24,163 nucleotides of DNA from a virus (taxonomy: Duplodnaviria; Caudoviricetes), in IMG/VR virus record IMGVR_UViG_3300028587_000041, positions 1 to 24,163 of that record; one strand, 5' to 3'. The notes below the pieces were generated by a model. It was not told the DNA's origin and searched no databases. It saw only the letters and a list, made by a program, of their open reading frames with translations. Each line of letters starts with the position of its first letter. Position 1 is the stretch's first letter. Below, in pieces: positions 1 to 7,235 of the stretch. Both the position numbers and the translations under genes were made by a program.

Positions 1-72
1 GCGGGGAACCATCCCATGACAAATAATAACCCCATCAGTTCAGCGACCAAGCGTCGCCAAGGATTTAGAGCC

Positions 73-255
73 ATGCGCGTTTTTGAGCCGGGATTGTTGC
101 TCTGCTGGTTTGGTTGGCATCCTCGCAGTAGTTCTATCCGGTATCTCGGGATGACGATTGGTCGTCGGAATTGGCTTGGCATTAAGTCCTACAAGTCATT
201 CCTCGACCGTTACCGCTGCCCCCGCTGCAACCATGAATATGAGAGGTGGTCATGA
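73..255 (+). CDS. Small Cys/His phage protein (DUF1660-like, putative Zn-binding)
   Basis: LCWFGWH near the N-terminus and CPRC near the C-terminus; stop overlaps next ATG (ATGA 252-255). Start could be 16 or 73. Confidence 0.55.
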   Translation: MRVFEPGLLLCWFGWHPRSSSIRYLGMTIGRRNWLGIKSYKSFLDRYRCPRCNHEYERWS

Positions 256-551
256 CCTCCGCCCGCCCTGATGATGAAACGCGCTCGGACGTTTGCGCGC
301 AATGCAAAGGCGTAATCGGCGACCTTCCCGATGGGCGCGAACCGGAAGAGTTTTGCGACACCTGCCATGAGGACGCGGTTGCAAACCTCGCATCCATGCC
401 TGTGTCGGGTGATGTGGTGGAGAAAGCCAGGACGGTTCGTGACGCGGCGCTTCAAGCACTGCGAGCCTGTGAAGCGGACGAAGGACATTTTGCCGCCGTA
501 GCCGCCGCAACTCATGCCGCACTCAAGAACCTAGAAGGAGAAGAGAAATGA
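252..551 (+). CDS. Hypothetical protein with CxxC...CxxC Zn-finger-like motif
   Basis: CAQC and CDTC; GAGGTGG SD-like sequence before ATG 252; ATGA overlaps at both ends. Confidence 0.65.
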   Translation: MTSARPDDETRSDVCAQCKGVIGDLPDGREPEEFCDTCHEDAVANLASMPVSGDVVEKARTVRDAALQALRACEADEGHFAAVAAATHAALKNLEGEEK

Positions 552-712
552 AGAAGTCTGCAGATACCGGAAAGGCCGTGGCCTCGCTGGCAGGGGAATA
601 TGCCAACTTCCACGAGGATGAATTCCTCCGGATGAACCAGGACGGGCTTAAGCAGCTCGCCGCGGATATTCGCTCGATGGCGGCGTCCCTCCTGCGGCAG
701 AACGAACGATGA
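548..712 (+). CDS. Hypothetical 54-aa protein (not in ORF track)
   Basis: Manual translation MKKSADTGKAVASLAGEYANFHEDEFLRMNQDGLKQLAADIRSMAASLLRQNER; AAGGAG upstream; fills the gap exactly with ATGA overlaps at 548-551 and 709-712. Confidence 0.75.
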   Translation: MKKSADTGKAVASLAGEYANFHEDEFLRMNQDGLKQLAADIRSMAASLLRQNER

Positions 713-975
713 GCCCGCTCGAGTTCATCGGGCTGATTAGCCTGGTCGCCCTGGTGCTCACCCTCCTCCTGATCGCGATGGGGGCAATCAACATCCAGGT
801 CGACAACACGATGCCCTGGGTAAGCTCGGAGGATCGGTCGTGGCTGGTCGGCGAGCTCCGGTCAATGGCCCGCGACGCCCGCTATAGCGAGCCCGAGGTC
901 GGCATCTTTGGCAGTGATAGCCTCGGCAACTATCTGGACCGCCTCGCCAAGGACATTGAGGAGCAACGGCTATGA
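709..975 (+). CDS. Hypothetical protein with single N-terminal transmembrane helix
   Basis: FIGLISLVALVLTLLLIAMGAI; coupled at both ends. Confidence 0.7.
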   Translation: MSPLEFIGLISLVALVLTLLLIAMGAINIQVDNTMPWVSSEDRSWLVGELRSMARDARYSEPEVGIFGSDSLGNYLDRLAKDIEEQRL

Positions 976-1226
976 AGCGGGCATTCAAGGAGCTCGTCGA
1001 CTTCTGGGCTCACGCCGGAAGCGCCATGATCGTCCTGGTCGTCTCCTGGATCTTCGGGGTTTTCTTCACTGACCTGGGCGCGGTGTTCATCGCCTGGTCG
1101 CTTGGCTTCGTCCGAGAGATGACCGAGTGGCAGGACGGCGGCAACCACCCCTTTACTCGGTGGGGCCTCCTCGACCAGGCGGGGTGGATCATGGGCGGCA
1201 TCCTCTTTTGCCTGGTCATGCCATGA
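972..1226 (+). CDS. Small multi-pass membrane protein
   Basis: GAGGAG SD; about 3 hydrophobic segments with polar D/H, RE..E and D residues. Confidence 0.75.
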   Translation: MKRAFKELVDFWAHAGSAMIVLVVSWIFGVFFTDLGAVFIAWSLGFVREMTEWQDGGNHPFTRWGLLDQAGWIMGGILFCLVMP

Positions 1227-1312
1227 CCCGATCGGACAAGCAGGGTTGCCTCCTGGTAGCCGCGGTCATCCTGGTCGTGGCGGTCTTCTGCCTGGTGACC
1301 TTGGTCCACTGA
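1223..1312 (+). CDS. 29-aa single-TM peptide
   Basis: MTRSDKQGCLLVAAVILVVAVFCLVTLVH; ATGA overlap with previous stop. Confidence 0.6.
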   Translation: MTRSDKQGCLLVAAVILVVAVFCLVTLVH

Positions 1313-1395
1313 GGAAAAAAGTTTGTGCAAGGGGGTTTTATCCGTCCTTAATTAGTGACAGAGGAAACGGGTCAACACCAGGAAGGAACACCACC
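1313..1395 (+). promoter_or_regulatory. AT-richer intergenic region, probable promoter and RBS of the DUF932 gene
   Basis: A-tract, TTTA-N7-TTAA at 1337-1351, GGAAGGAA SD at 1381-1388. No clean -35/-10 pair assigned. Confidence 0.4.
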
Positions 1396-2157
1396 ATGAC
1401 CTATCTGAACCACGAAGCATTCCTCTCCGCCCTGCCGGCCGCACCGTCCCCGCAGGTCACGGACAAGTACATGTTCCTCGACACCCGCAAGGTGGTCGAC
1501 GACATGAAGGACCTCGGCTACGAAGTCGCTGGTGTCCGCCGGCCCAAGGCCCGCACCAAGGCCGGCGCCTACGCCCTCCACGAAGTCGAGTTCAGGAAGC
1601 CCGAGCATATCGGCCAGGGCATCGACGAGGCCCCGCGCATCCTCTTCTTCAACTCCTACGACGGCAGCCGCAAGGCCCAGTTCATGATGGGCCTGATCCG
1701 GTTCGCCTGCGACAACGGGCTGGTCCTCGGCGACCACCTCCAGCAGGCCAAGTTCGTCCACCTGGGCGACCACCTCGACCAGCTCATGGAGCAGGTGGTC
1801 GGAATGGTCGAGAAGCAGGACGAGATCTTCGGCCGCATCGACCGGATGAAGACCATCACCCTCGATCGCCTCGACGCCCTGGCCCTGGCCGAGCAGGCCA
1901 CCGAGCTCCGCTTCCCCGACGAGGGCATCGACATCAACCCCTCGAACTTCCTCCAAGTTCGCCGCCGCGAGGACCTCGCCCCGAACCTCTGGACGCGGTG
2001 GAACGTCCTGCAGGAGAATTTACTTAAAGGCGGGGTTCCCATCGTGAATGCCAAAGGGCAAGCTCGCCTGTCCGCGCCGGTCAATGAGATCGACCGCTCG
2101 ACAAAGCTTAACAAGGACTTGTGGGACTTGGCCGAACGTTTCGCCGAAGCGGCATAA
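1396..2157 (+). CDS. DUF932/DUF945 family phage/plasmid protein (YafZ/YfjQ-like)
   Basis: Motifs DKYMFLDT, PRILFFNSYDGS, GLIRFACDNGLV, RRREDLAPNLWTRWNVLQENLLKGG, KLNKDLWDLAE; SD 7 nt before ATG 1396. Confidence 0.85.
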   Translation: MTYLNHEAFLSALPAAPSPQVTDKYMFLDTRKVVDDMKDLGYEVAGVRRPKARTKAGAYALHEVEFRKPEHIGQGIDEAPRILFFNSYDGSRKAQFMMGLIRFACDNGLVLGDHLQQAKFVHLGDHLDQLMEQVVGMVEKQDEIFGRIDRMKTITLDRLDALALAEQATELRFPDEGIDINPSNFLQVRRREDLAPNLWTRWNVLQENLLKGGVPIVNAKGQARLSAPVNEIDRSTKLNKDLWDLAERFAEAA

Positions 2158-2193
2158 ACTAAAGGCCCCTCCGATCCGAAGACCGGAGGGGCC
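2155..2193 (-). terminator. Intrinsic terminator oriented on the minus strand
   Basis: Minus strand reads GGCCCCUCCGGUC-UUCG-GAUCGGAGGGGCC-UUUAGUUUA: 13-bp stem with one G.U, cUUCGg tetraloop and U-rich tail. The plus strand has an A.C mismatch and no U tail. Confidence 0.65.
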
Positions 2194-2241
2194 ACCATTC
2201 CCACACCACGAAGGAAAGGTCCCGACCAGGGAAACGCGTTC

Positions 2242-4338
2242 ATGCCACAGTCCGATCCGATCGACCAACCGAAAATTCTAATGTCACTCCCTGGACCTCT
2301 GCTGAAGATGCGGAGGTTTCTCTTGTGGAAAGAGGCGCCTGGCGTCAACGGCAAGACCAAGAAGCGGCCCTACTACGTCAACGGGAAAATGCGAAAGGGC
2401 CTCCTCGATACCGAGGCCGACCTGAAGCAACTGGTCTCCCTGTCCGAGGCCTACGATGAATTCATGATGGGGAGCTACTCGGGGATCGGGTTCGCCCTCA
2501 CCGGCGGCGATGGCATCGGCGCCTTCGACATGGACCATATCCTCGAAGACGGGAAGCTGATCAAGACCCACCCTGGATATGACCTGGTTCTCGCCGCCAA
2601 GGAGGCCGGCGCCTACATCGAGGTCAGCCCGTCCGGAGAGGGATTGCGTATTGTAGGCCCCTGCCAGAACCAGGAGGCTTATTCCAAAGGCGGCCTCGAG
2701 TACTGGGGCGCCAAGCGGTTCGTGACACTGACAGGGGAATGCTGGGCCAATCCAGGCGGATGGGTGGACCTGGACGAGTTCAGAAACCCGCTAGCCGCGC
2801 CACGGGAGCCCAGGGACGAGCAAGACGACGTCGATCCGACCATAATCACCCAGAGGACCCTAGACGAGCTTAAATCGGCCCTGGACGCCATGGACAGCGA
2901 CGAGCGGACCTTGTGGGTCGATATCGGCATGGCCCTGAAGACGATCGGGGACAAGGGATTGGAGCTCTGGCTCGAATGGTCCGCCAAGAGCAAGAAATTC
3001 AACCGAGCCGACGCCATGAGGGTCTGGGACTCATTCAACCCGCAGGGCACCAATTACAAGGCGGTCTTCGCGAAGGCCCAGCGGGATTGGGGCTGGGACA
3101 ATCCGCGGAAAGGCAAATCCCGATCGGCCAGGGACGCATTCGGGGCAGAGGACGACGAGGAAGAGGTCGACACCGACCAGACCATCGACCTCGGGGAGAT
3201 GAAGCTCTATCCGACCGAGTTCATCCTCGACGGGTTTCTTCCAGCCCAGGTCTCGGTCATCGCCGGCGCCTGGGGCGCGGGTAAGTCGACCAATCTCATT
3301 CCCCTCATGGCCTCAGCGGCTCACCTGGCCCCGGAGGAATGGGGTTTCCATCCCATACTCCGCCGCCACGTCCTGTGGGTCACCGAGGCGCCTGAACAGG
3401 CCAGGGACACGCTCTATTCGCTGGCCAAGGACCCGCAATCTGCTCCCTGGGACGAGTTCAAGCGGTGGTTCCACCTGCTACCGGCCAAGCGGCTCCCGCC
3501 GAAGAAAATAGCCTCCAAGATCCGGAAGCTCGTCGAGTCGATGAGCTACGAGCTCGAGAACGGCTTCCAGGTCAAGCCAGTCGTCGTCCTCGATACTACC
3601 ACGGCCAATCTGGATCTTGAAAACGAGAGCGACAACTCGATGGTCGGCGCGGCAATGTCGATCCTCAAGCAGGCGCTCCCCAAGACGCCAATCGTCCTGA
3701 TCGGCCATACTCCGAAGGCGCTGACCAAAGGTGAAGTCGGGGACATGACATTCCGCGGCGCTGGGGCATGGGAGGCAGAGGCCGCGGCCACCTACTTCCT
3801 GATCTACGACCAGGACGCGGAGATGCGCTTCCTGGCGATCCGGAAGGCCCGTTTCACTCCCAATTATCGGGAGATCGACTTCGGGCAGGCCGGAGGCTCC
3901 GAGATCATCGACACCGAGTGGGGCGAACCACAGGCGAAAGCCTATCTGCACGGTGTCCCAGTCAAGTCCGACGGATCGGCCCGGAAGTCGGCCCGAGAGG
4001 AAGCGGCTGAAGAACGGCGGGAGACGGTAAAGGAAAGGACCCTATCCGAACGCCAGGGCAAGGTCCTGGACCATGTGAGGAAGGGCACGGAGGGCCATAG
4101 GTTCGTTACGAGAGCTTCTCTTAGGTCGTCGGTCGGAGGCAAAGCTGAGATGGTCCTGGAGGCGATCGAGCGCTTGTTAGAGGCCAATCTGATCGAGGCC
4201 CATATCCCTAACCGAGACCAGTTAGGGGCGGACCACCGAGGGCGCACTCCCGAGATCTTCTTATTGGCTGGCGTGGACCTGGATCTTTGGCTGGGTAAGG
4301 CGAAAGGTTCAAATGGGAGCGGAAGGGGTGGACGATGA
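2242..4338 (+). CDS. Primase-helicase: AEP-type primase-polymerase + PriCT-2 + AAA_25/RepA-like helicase + C-terminal wHTH-like region
   Basis: GIGFAL..IGAFDMDH and YIEVSPSGEGLRI (prim-pol); LWVDIGMALK..WLEWSAKSKKF (PriCT-2); Walker A GAWGAGKST, Walker B VVVLDT, LIGHTPK, FRGAGAW. Confidence 0.88.
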   Translation: MPQSDPIDQPKILMSLPGPLLKMRRFLLWKEAPGVNGKTKKRPYYVNGKMRKGLLDTEADLKQLVSLSEAYDEFMMGSYSGIGFALTGGDGIGAFDMDHILEDGKLIKTHPGYDLVLAAKEAGAYIEVSPSGEGLRIVGPCQNQEAYSKGGLEYWGAKRFVTLTGECWANPGGWVDLDEFRNPLAAPREPRDEQDDVDPTIITQRTLDELKSALDAMDSDERTLWVDIGMALKTIGDKGLELWLEWSAKSKKFNRADAMRVWDSFNPQGTNYKAVFAKAQRDWGWDNPRKGKSRSARDAFGAEDDEEEVDTDQTIDLGEMKLYPTEFILDGFLPAQVSVIAGAWGAGKSTNLIPLMASAAHLAPEEWGFHPILRRHVLWVTEAPEQARDTLYSLAKDPQSAPWDEFKRWFHLLPAKRLPPKKIASKIRKLVESMSYELENGFQVKPVVVLDTTTANLDLENESDNSMVGAAMSILKQALPKTPIVLIGHTPKALTKGEVGDMTFRGAGAWEAEAAATYFLIYDQDAEMRFLAIRKARFTPNYREIDFGQAGGSEIIDTEWGEPQAKAYLHGVPVKSDGSARKSAREEAAEERRETVKERTLSERQGKVLDHVRKGTEGHRFVTRASLRSSVGGKAEMVLEAIERLLEANLIEAHIPNRDQLGADHRGRTPEIFLLAGVDLDLWLGKAKGSNGSGRGGR

Positions 4339-4480
4339 GGGCTGGTCTAAACCCACCCTTATCGTTCCCTCTACCCCTCCCCCTACGGGGGAGAGGGGAG
4401 GTTCGGGAACGAAAGGGTAAGGGATTTAGCGGGATTTGGGAACGAATAGGAACGATAGGGAACGAATGGGAGCGGAAGGG
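4312..4480. repeat. Repeat/palindrome cluster, candidate replication origin
   Basis: AATGGGAGCGGAAGGG at 4312-4327 and 4465-4480; (G/A)GGAACGA at 4405, 4438, 4448, 4458; inverted TCGTTCCC at 4362-4369; palindrome CTCCCCC-TAC-GGGGGAG at 4377-4393. Repeats are seen directly; the origin role is inference. Confidence 0.6.
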
Positions 4481-4525
4481 TCTCACATGGTCAGGGTCGA
4501 GACCTGCCAGGATAAGGAGCACCAC

Positions 4526-4705
4526 ATGAACAACGGAATGGAATACGCTCTTACTAAGGACGACCCTAAGATGGTCGGTGCTATAGAGCACAATGGGATT
4601 TGTTGGCCAGGCCCGGATCTGGATCGGTTGAGGCAGATAGCCAGGGAGACCGGGAAGCCAGGGATATGGAGACTGAAGACCCGGAAGATTGTCTGGAGGG
4701 TGTGA
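4526..4705 (+). CDS. Hypothetical 59-aa protein
   Basis: TAAGGAG SD before ATG 4526; TGATG overlap with the HNH start. Confidence 0.65.
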   Translation: MNNGMEYALTKDDPKMVGAIEHNGICWPGPDLDRLRQIARETGKPGIWRLKTRKIVWRV

Positions 4706-4971
4706 TGGGCGATAGGATAAGGGGACGGCGTGGCCAGGTCTTACGGAGGCAGAGGCTCGGCAACCAACCACTATGCGAAGACTGCTGGGCCAAGGGCAAG
4801 GCGATCCCTGCCAATGTCCCCGACCACATCAAGCCACTGGCCTTGGGTGGCGAAGACGTCGATGAGAATATACGTTGTCTATGCAATGAGTGTCACCGGA
4901 TCAGGACAGCCGAACAGTTCGGCCGGCGGGTCAAGAGACAGATAGGACCAGATGGATGGGCAGTAGAGTAG
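4705..4971 (+). CDS. HNH endonuclease, terminase-associated (HK97 gp74-like)
   Basis: PLCEDC...DHIKPLALGG...NIRCLCNECHRIRT, C-terminal IGPDGW; lies upstream of terS. Confidence 0.9.
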   Translation: MGDRIRGRRGQVLRRQRLGNQPLCEDCWAKGKAIPANVPDHIKPLALGGEDVDENIRCLCNECHRIRTAEQFGRRVKRQIGPDGWAVE

Positions 4972-5162
4972 AGACGATCGTCAACCCGAACATCAGGCTT
5001 AAAGGCGTTGATGCCTCTCCCTGGGTTCATGAGTCGGTGGGTGAGACCCGGTGGTTCCGGATGAACGACGGCTGGGGCAATGTGGTTGAGTTCACCGGAA
5101 AGCTGGCCTACACCGAGGACTTTGACCTGACAATAGTGGACATAAGGCCTGGGGGAGGGTGA
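4956..5162 (+). CDS. Hypothetical protein (~68 aa)
   Basis: Fills the gap between HNH and the cos-like region; start uncertain. Confidence 0.45.
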   Translation: MGSRVETIVNPNIRLKGVDASPWVHESVGETRWFRMNDGWGNVVEFTGKLAYTEDFDLTIVDIRPGGG

Positions 5163-5230
5163 AAACCTTAGTACAAAGGACCTCGGACACCGACCGCGTG
5201 CCTTTTTCGTTTTAAATCGCAACTTTCTCG
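5150..5230. other. Candidate cos packaging site region
   Basis: GGGGGAGGGTGAAAAC...ACACCGACCGCGTGCC-TTTTT layout between HNH and terS, as in cos-type HK97-like phages; exact nick positions not determinable. Confidence 0.55.
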
Positions 5231-5268
5231 GACCCGCACATCCACGCACACAAGGAAATGAAGTCGCT

Positions 5269-5715
5269 ATGAGCCGCAAATCACAAGCAGAACTGATCGC
5301 GGTCGCTGGGACGATCGACAGCCGGCCAGCGCCGCCGAAGACATTGAACAAGGAACAGCAGGCTCTTTGGAAAAAGGTCTGCGCTGCTGAGCCAGTCGAA
5401 TTCTTCAAGACGCCTGTGACCCAGCAGCTCCTCATGGACTACTGCCGCCACCAGACGTCGGCCGAGTGGCTCACCAAGCAGATCGAGTGCTCGATCGAGC
5501 TGTCCAAGATGGCGCCGGAGGACCGGCCTGACGGGGCAACGCCTATGAACCTCCGCGATCTCGACACGTTCATGAAGATGCGAGACCGCGAAACCAGGGC
5601 GGCCACTGAAAAGGCCACGAAGCTCCGACTGACAAACCAGTCGCGCTACACCACCCGAGCCGCGGCTACCGCCGGCAAGAAAGGCAGCGAGAAGAAGCCT
5701 TGGCACGCAAGCTAA
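5269..5715 (+). CDS. terS: Terminase small subunit (P27-like)
   Basis: RPAPPKTL..QQALWK, LLMDYC, KLRLTNQSR; directly before terL. Confidence 0.85.
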   Translation: MSRKSQAELIAVAGTIDSRPAPPKTLNKEQQALWKKVCAAEPVEFFKTPVTQQLLMDYCRHQTSAEWLTKQIECSIELSKMAPEDRPDGATPMNLRDLDTFMKMRDRETRAATEKATKLRLTNQSRYTTRAAATAGKKGSEKKPWHAS

Positions 5716-7235
5716 CCCGCGCTCAACGGAACATCAAGTGGATTGAGTCCTATTGCCATGTCCCCGAGGGCAAGGATATCGGCAAGAAGGTGAAGCTGCG
5801 GCCCTGGCAAAAGAAGGACCTGGTAAAGATCTATGACAACCCTGCCGGAACACGAACCGCGATCATCTCGTTCGGCAAGAAGAACGGGAAGACCAGTCTC
5901 GCTGCCTTCATCCTCCTCCTCCACCTGGTTGGACCCGAAGCAATCCCAAACACGCAGCTTCCGAGCACGGCTCAGTCGCGTGACCAAGCCGCAGTCCTTT
6001 TCAACCTGGCTGCGAAAACAGTTCGGATGTCGCCGGATTTGAAGTCCAACCTGGTCATCCGCGACTCTCTCAAGCATATCTTCTGCCCCGACCTGGGGAC
6101 GCTTTACAAGGCGCTATCCGCGGAGGCCTCGACCGCCCACGGCCAGTCGCCAGTCTTCGCGATCCATGACGAGCTCGGCCAGGTTCGTGGGCCGGTGTCC
6201 GAGCTGTACAATGCCATCGAGAATGCGATGGGCGCTCACGAGCACCCCATGTCGATCATCATCTCGACCCAGGCACCGACTGACGGAGACCTGCTGTCGA
6301 TCCTCATTGACGACGCCCAGTCGGGCCGTGACCCTACTGTCGTCCTGAGCCTTTACACCGCGGACGAGAACCTGGACCCGTTCAGCGAGAAGGCTTTGAA
6401 GCAAGCCAATCCGGCAGCTGGGGACTTCCTGAACATCAACGAGCTCAAGAAGCAGGCGGCTAATGCCAAGGCGCTGCCCAGCCAAGAGTCGCTCTACCGC
6501 AACTATACCCTCAACCAGCGTGTCGACCGGAACACGCCGTTCATCTCCAAGTCGATCTGGAAGGCCAATGGCGAAGAGGTCCGATCGGACTGGGGACGGG
6601 TTCCGGTTTACGCCGGCCTGGATCTTTCGTCAGTCAACGACCTTACCGCCTTTGTGGCGATCGCCGAGCTCGACAAGGCCTGGGAGGTCAAGCCCACCTT
6701 TTGGCTCCCTGGGGAGAACCTGAAGGAGAAAGCCCGAGCCGATCGAGTGCCCTATGACCTGTGGCACGAACAGGGCTTCCTCATGACCACCCCAGGCAAG
6801 TCGGTAGAGTACGAGTTCGTGGCCGAGCGGCTGTTCGAGTATGAGCGCCAGATGAACCTCCAGAAGATCGGCTTTGACCGGTGGAACATGCGCCACCTTA
6901 GGCCCTGGCTGGTCAAGGCCGGTTTCACCGAAGCCAGGATCGACGAATTGTTCGTTGAGTTCGGGCAGGGTTTTCAAAGTATGAGTCCTGCCTTAAGAGA
7001 CTTAGAGTCGGCGCTCTTGCAGACGAAGTTGAGACACGGAAACCAACCAGTCTTGACGATGTGTGCACAGAACGCCATTGTAGCTACCGACCCAGCAGGA
7101 GGCCGGAAGTTGAACAAGGCGAAGTCCTCAGGGAGGATCGACGGGATGGTGGGCCTTACAATGGCGTTCGGTGTTGCTCCTATCAATGACGAAGGACCGG
7201 ACCTGAACGCCTGGGCCGAGGCGATCGCGGCATGA
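5700..7235 (+). CDS. terL: Terminase large subunit
   Basis: LRPWQ, Walker A GKKNGKT, Walker B AIHDELG, IIISTQ, nuclease YAGLDLS and GRIDGMV; TTG start. Confidence 0.96.
   Translation: MARKLTRAQRNIKWIESYCHVPEGKDIGKKVKLRPWQKKDLVKIYDNPAGTRTAIISFGKKNGKTSLAAFILLLHLVGPEAIPNTQLPSTAQSRDQAAVLFNLAAKTVRMSPDLKSNLVIRDSLKHIFCPDLGTLYKALSAEASTAHGQSPVFAIHDELGQVRGPVSELYNAIENAMGAHEHPMSIIISTQAPTDGDLLSILIDDAQSGRDPTVVLSLYTADENLDPFSEKALKQANPAAGDFLNINELKKQAANAKALPSQESLYRNYTLNQRVDRNTPFISKSIWKANGEEVRSDWGRVPVYAGLDLSSVNDLTAFVAIAELDKAWEVKPTFWLPGENLKEKARADRVPYDLWHEQGFLMTTPGKSVEYEFVAERLFEYERQMNLQKIGFDRWNMRHLRPWLVKAGFTEARIDELFVEFGQGFQSMSPALRDLESALLQTKLRHGNQPVLTMCAQNAIVATDPAGGRKLNKAKSSGRIDGMVGLTMAFGVAPINDEGPDLNAWAEAIAA

Noticed and set aside
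1246-1395. Longer upstream start for the DUF932 ORF
   Set aside because: It overlaps the 29-aa TM ORF and the intergenic region; the SD supports ATG 1396.
4405-4480. Short repeats as a mini CRISPR array
   Set aside because: Units are 8-10 bp with no spacers and there are no cas genes.
4600-4704. N-terminal extension of the HNH ORF
   Set aside because: It overlaps the 4526-4705 gene; the TGATG overlap supports 4705.
4705-4971. HNH as homing endonuclease or defence nuclease
   Set aside because: Small size and position near terS fit a packaging cofactor.
5258-5272. Four-codon uORF (MKSL) overlapping the terS start
   Set aside because: The SD-like AGGA is only 1 nt from this ATG; likely chance.
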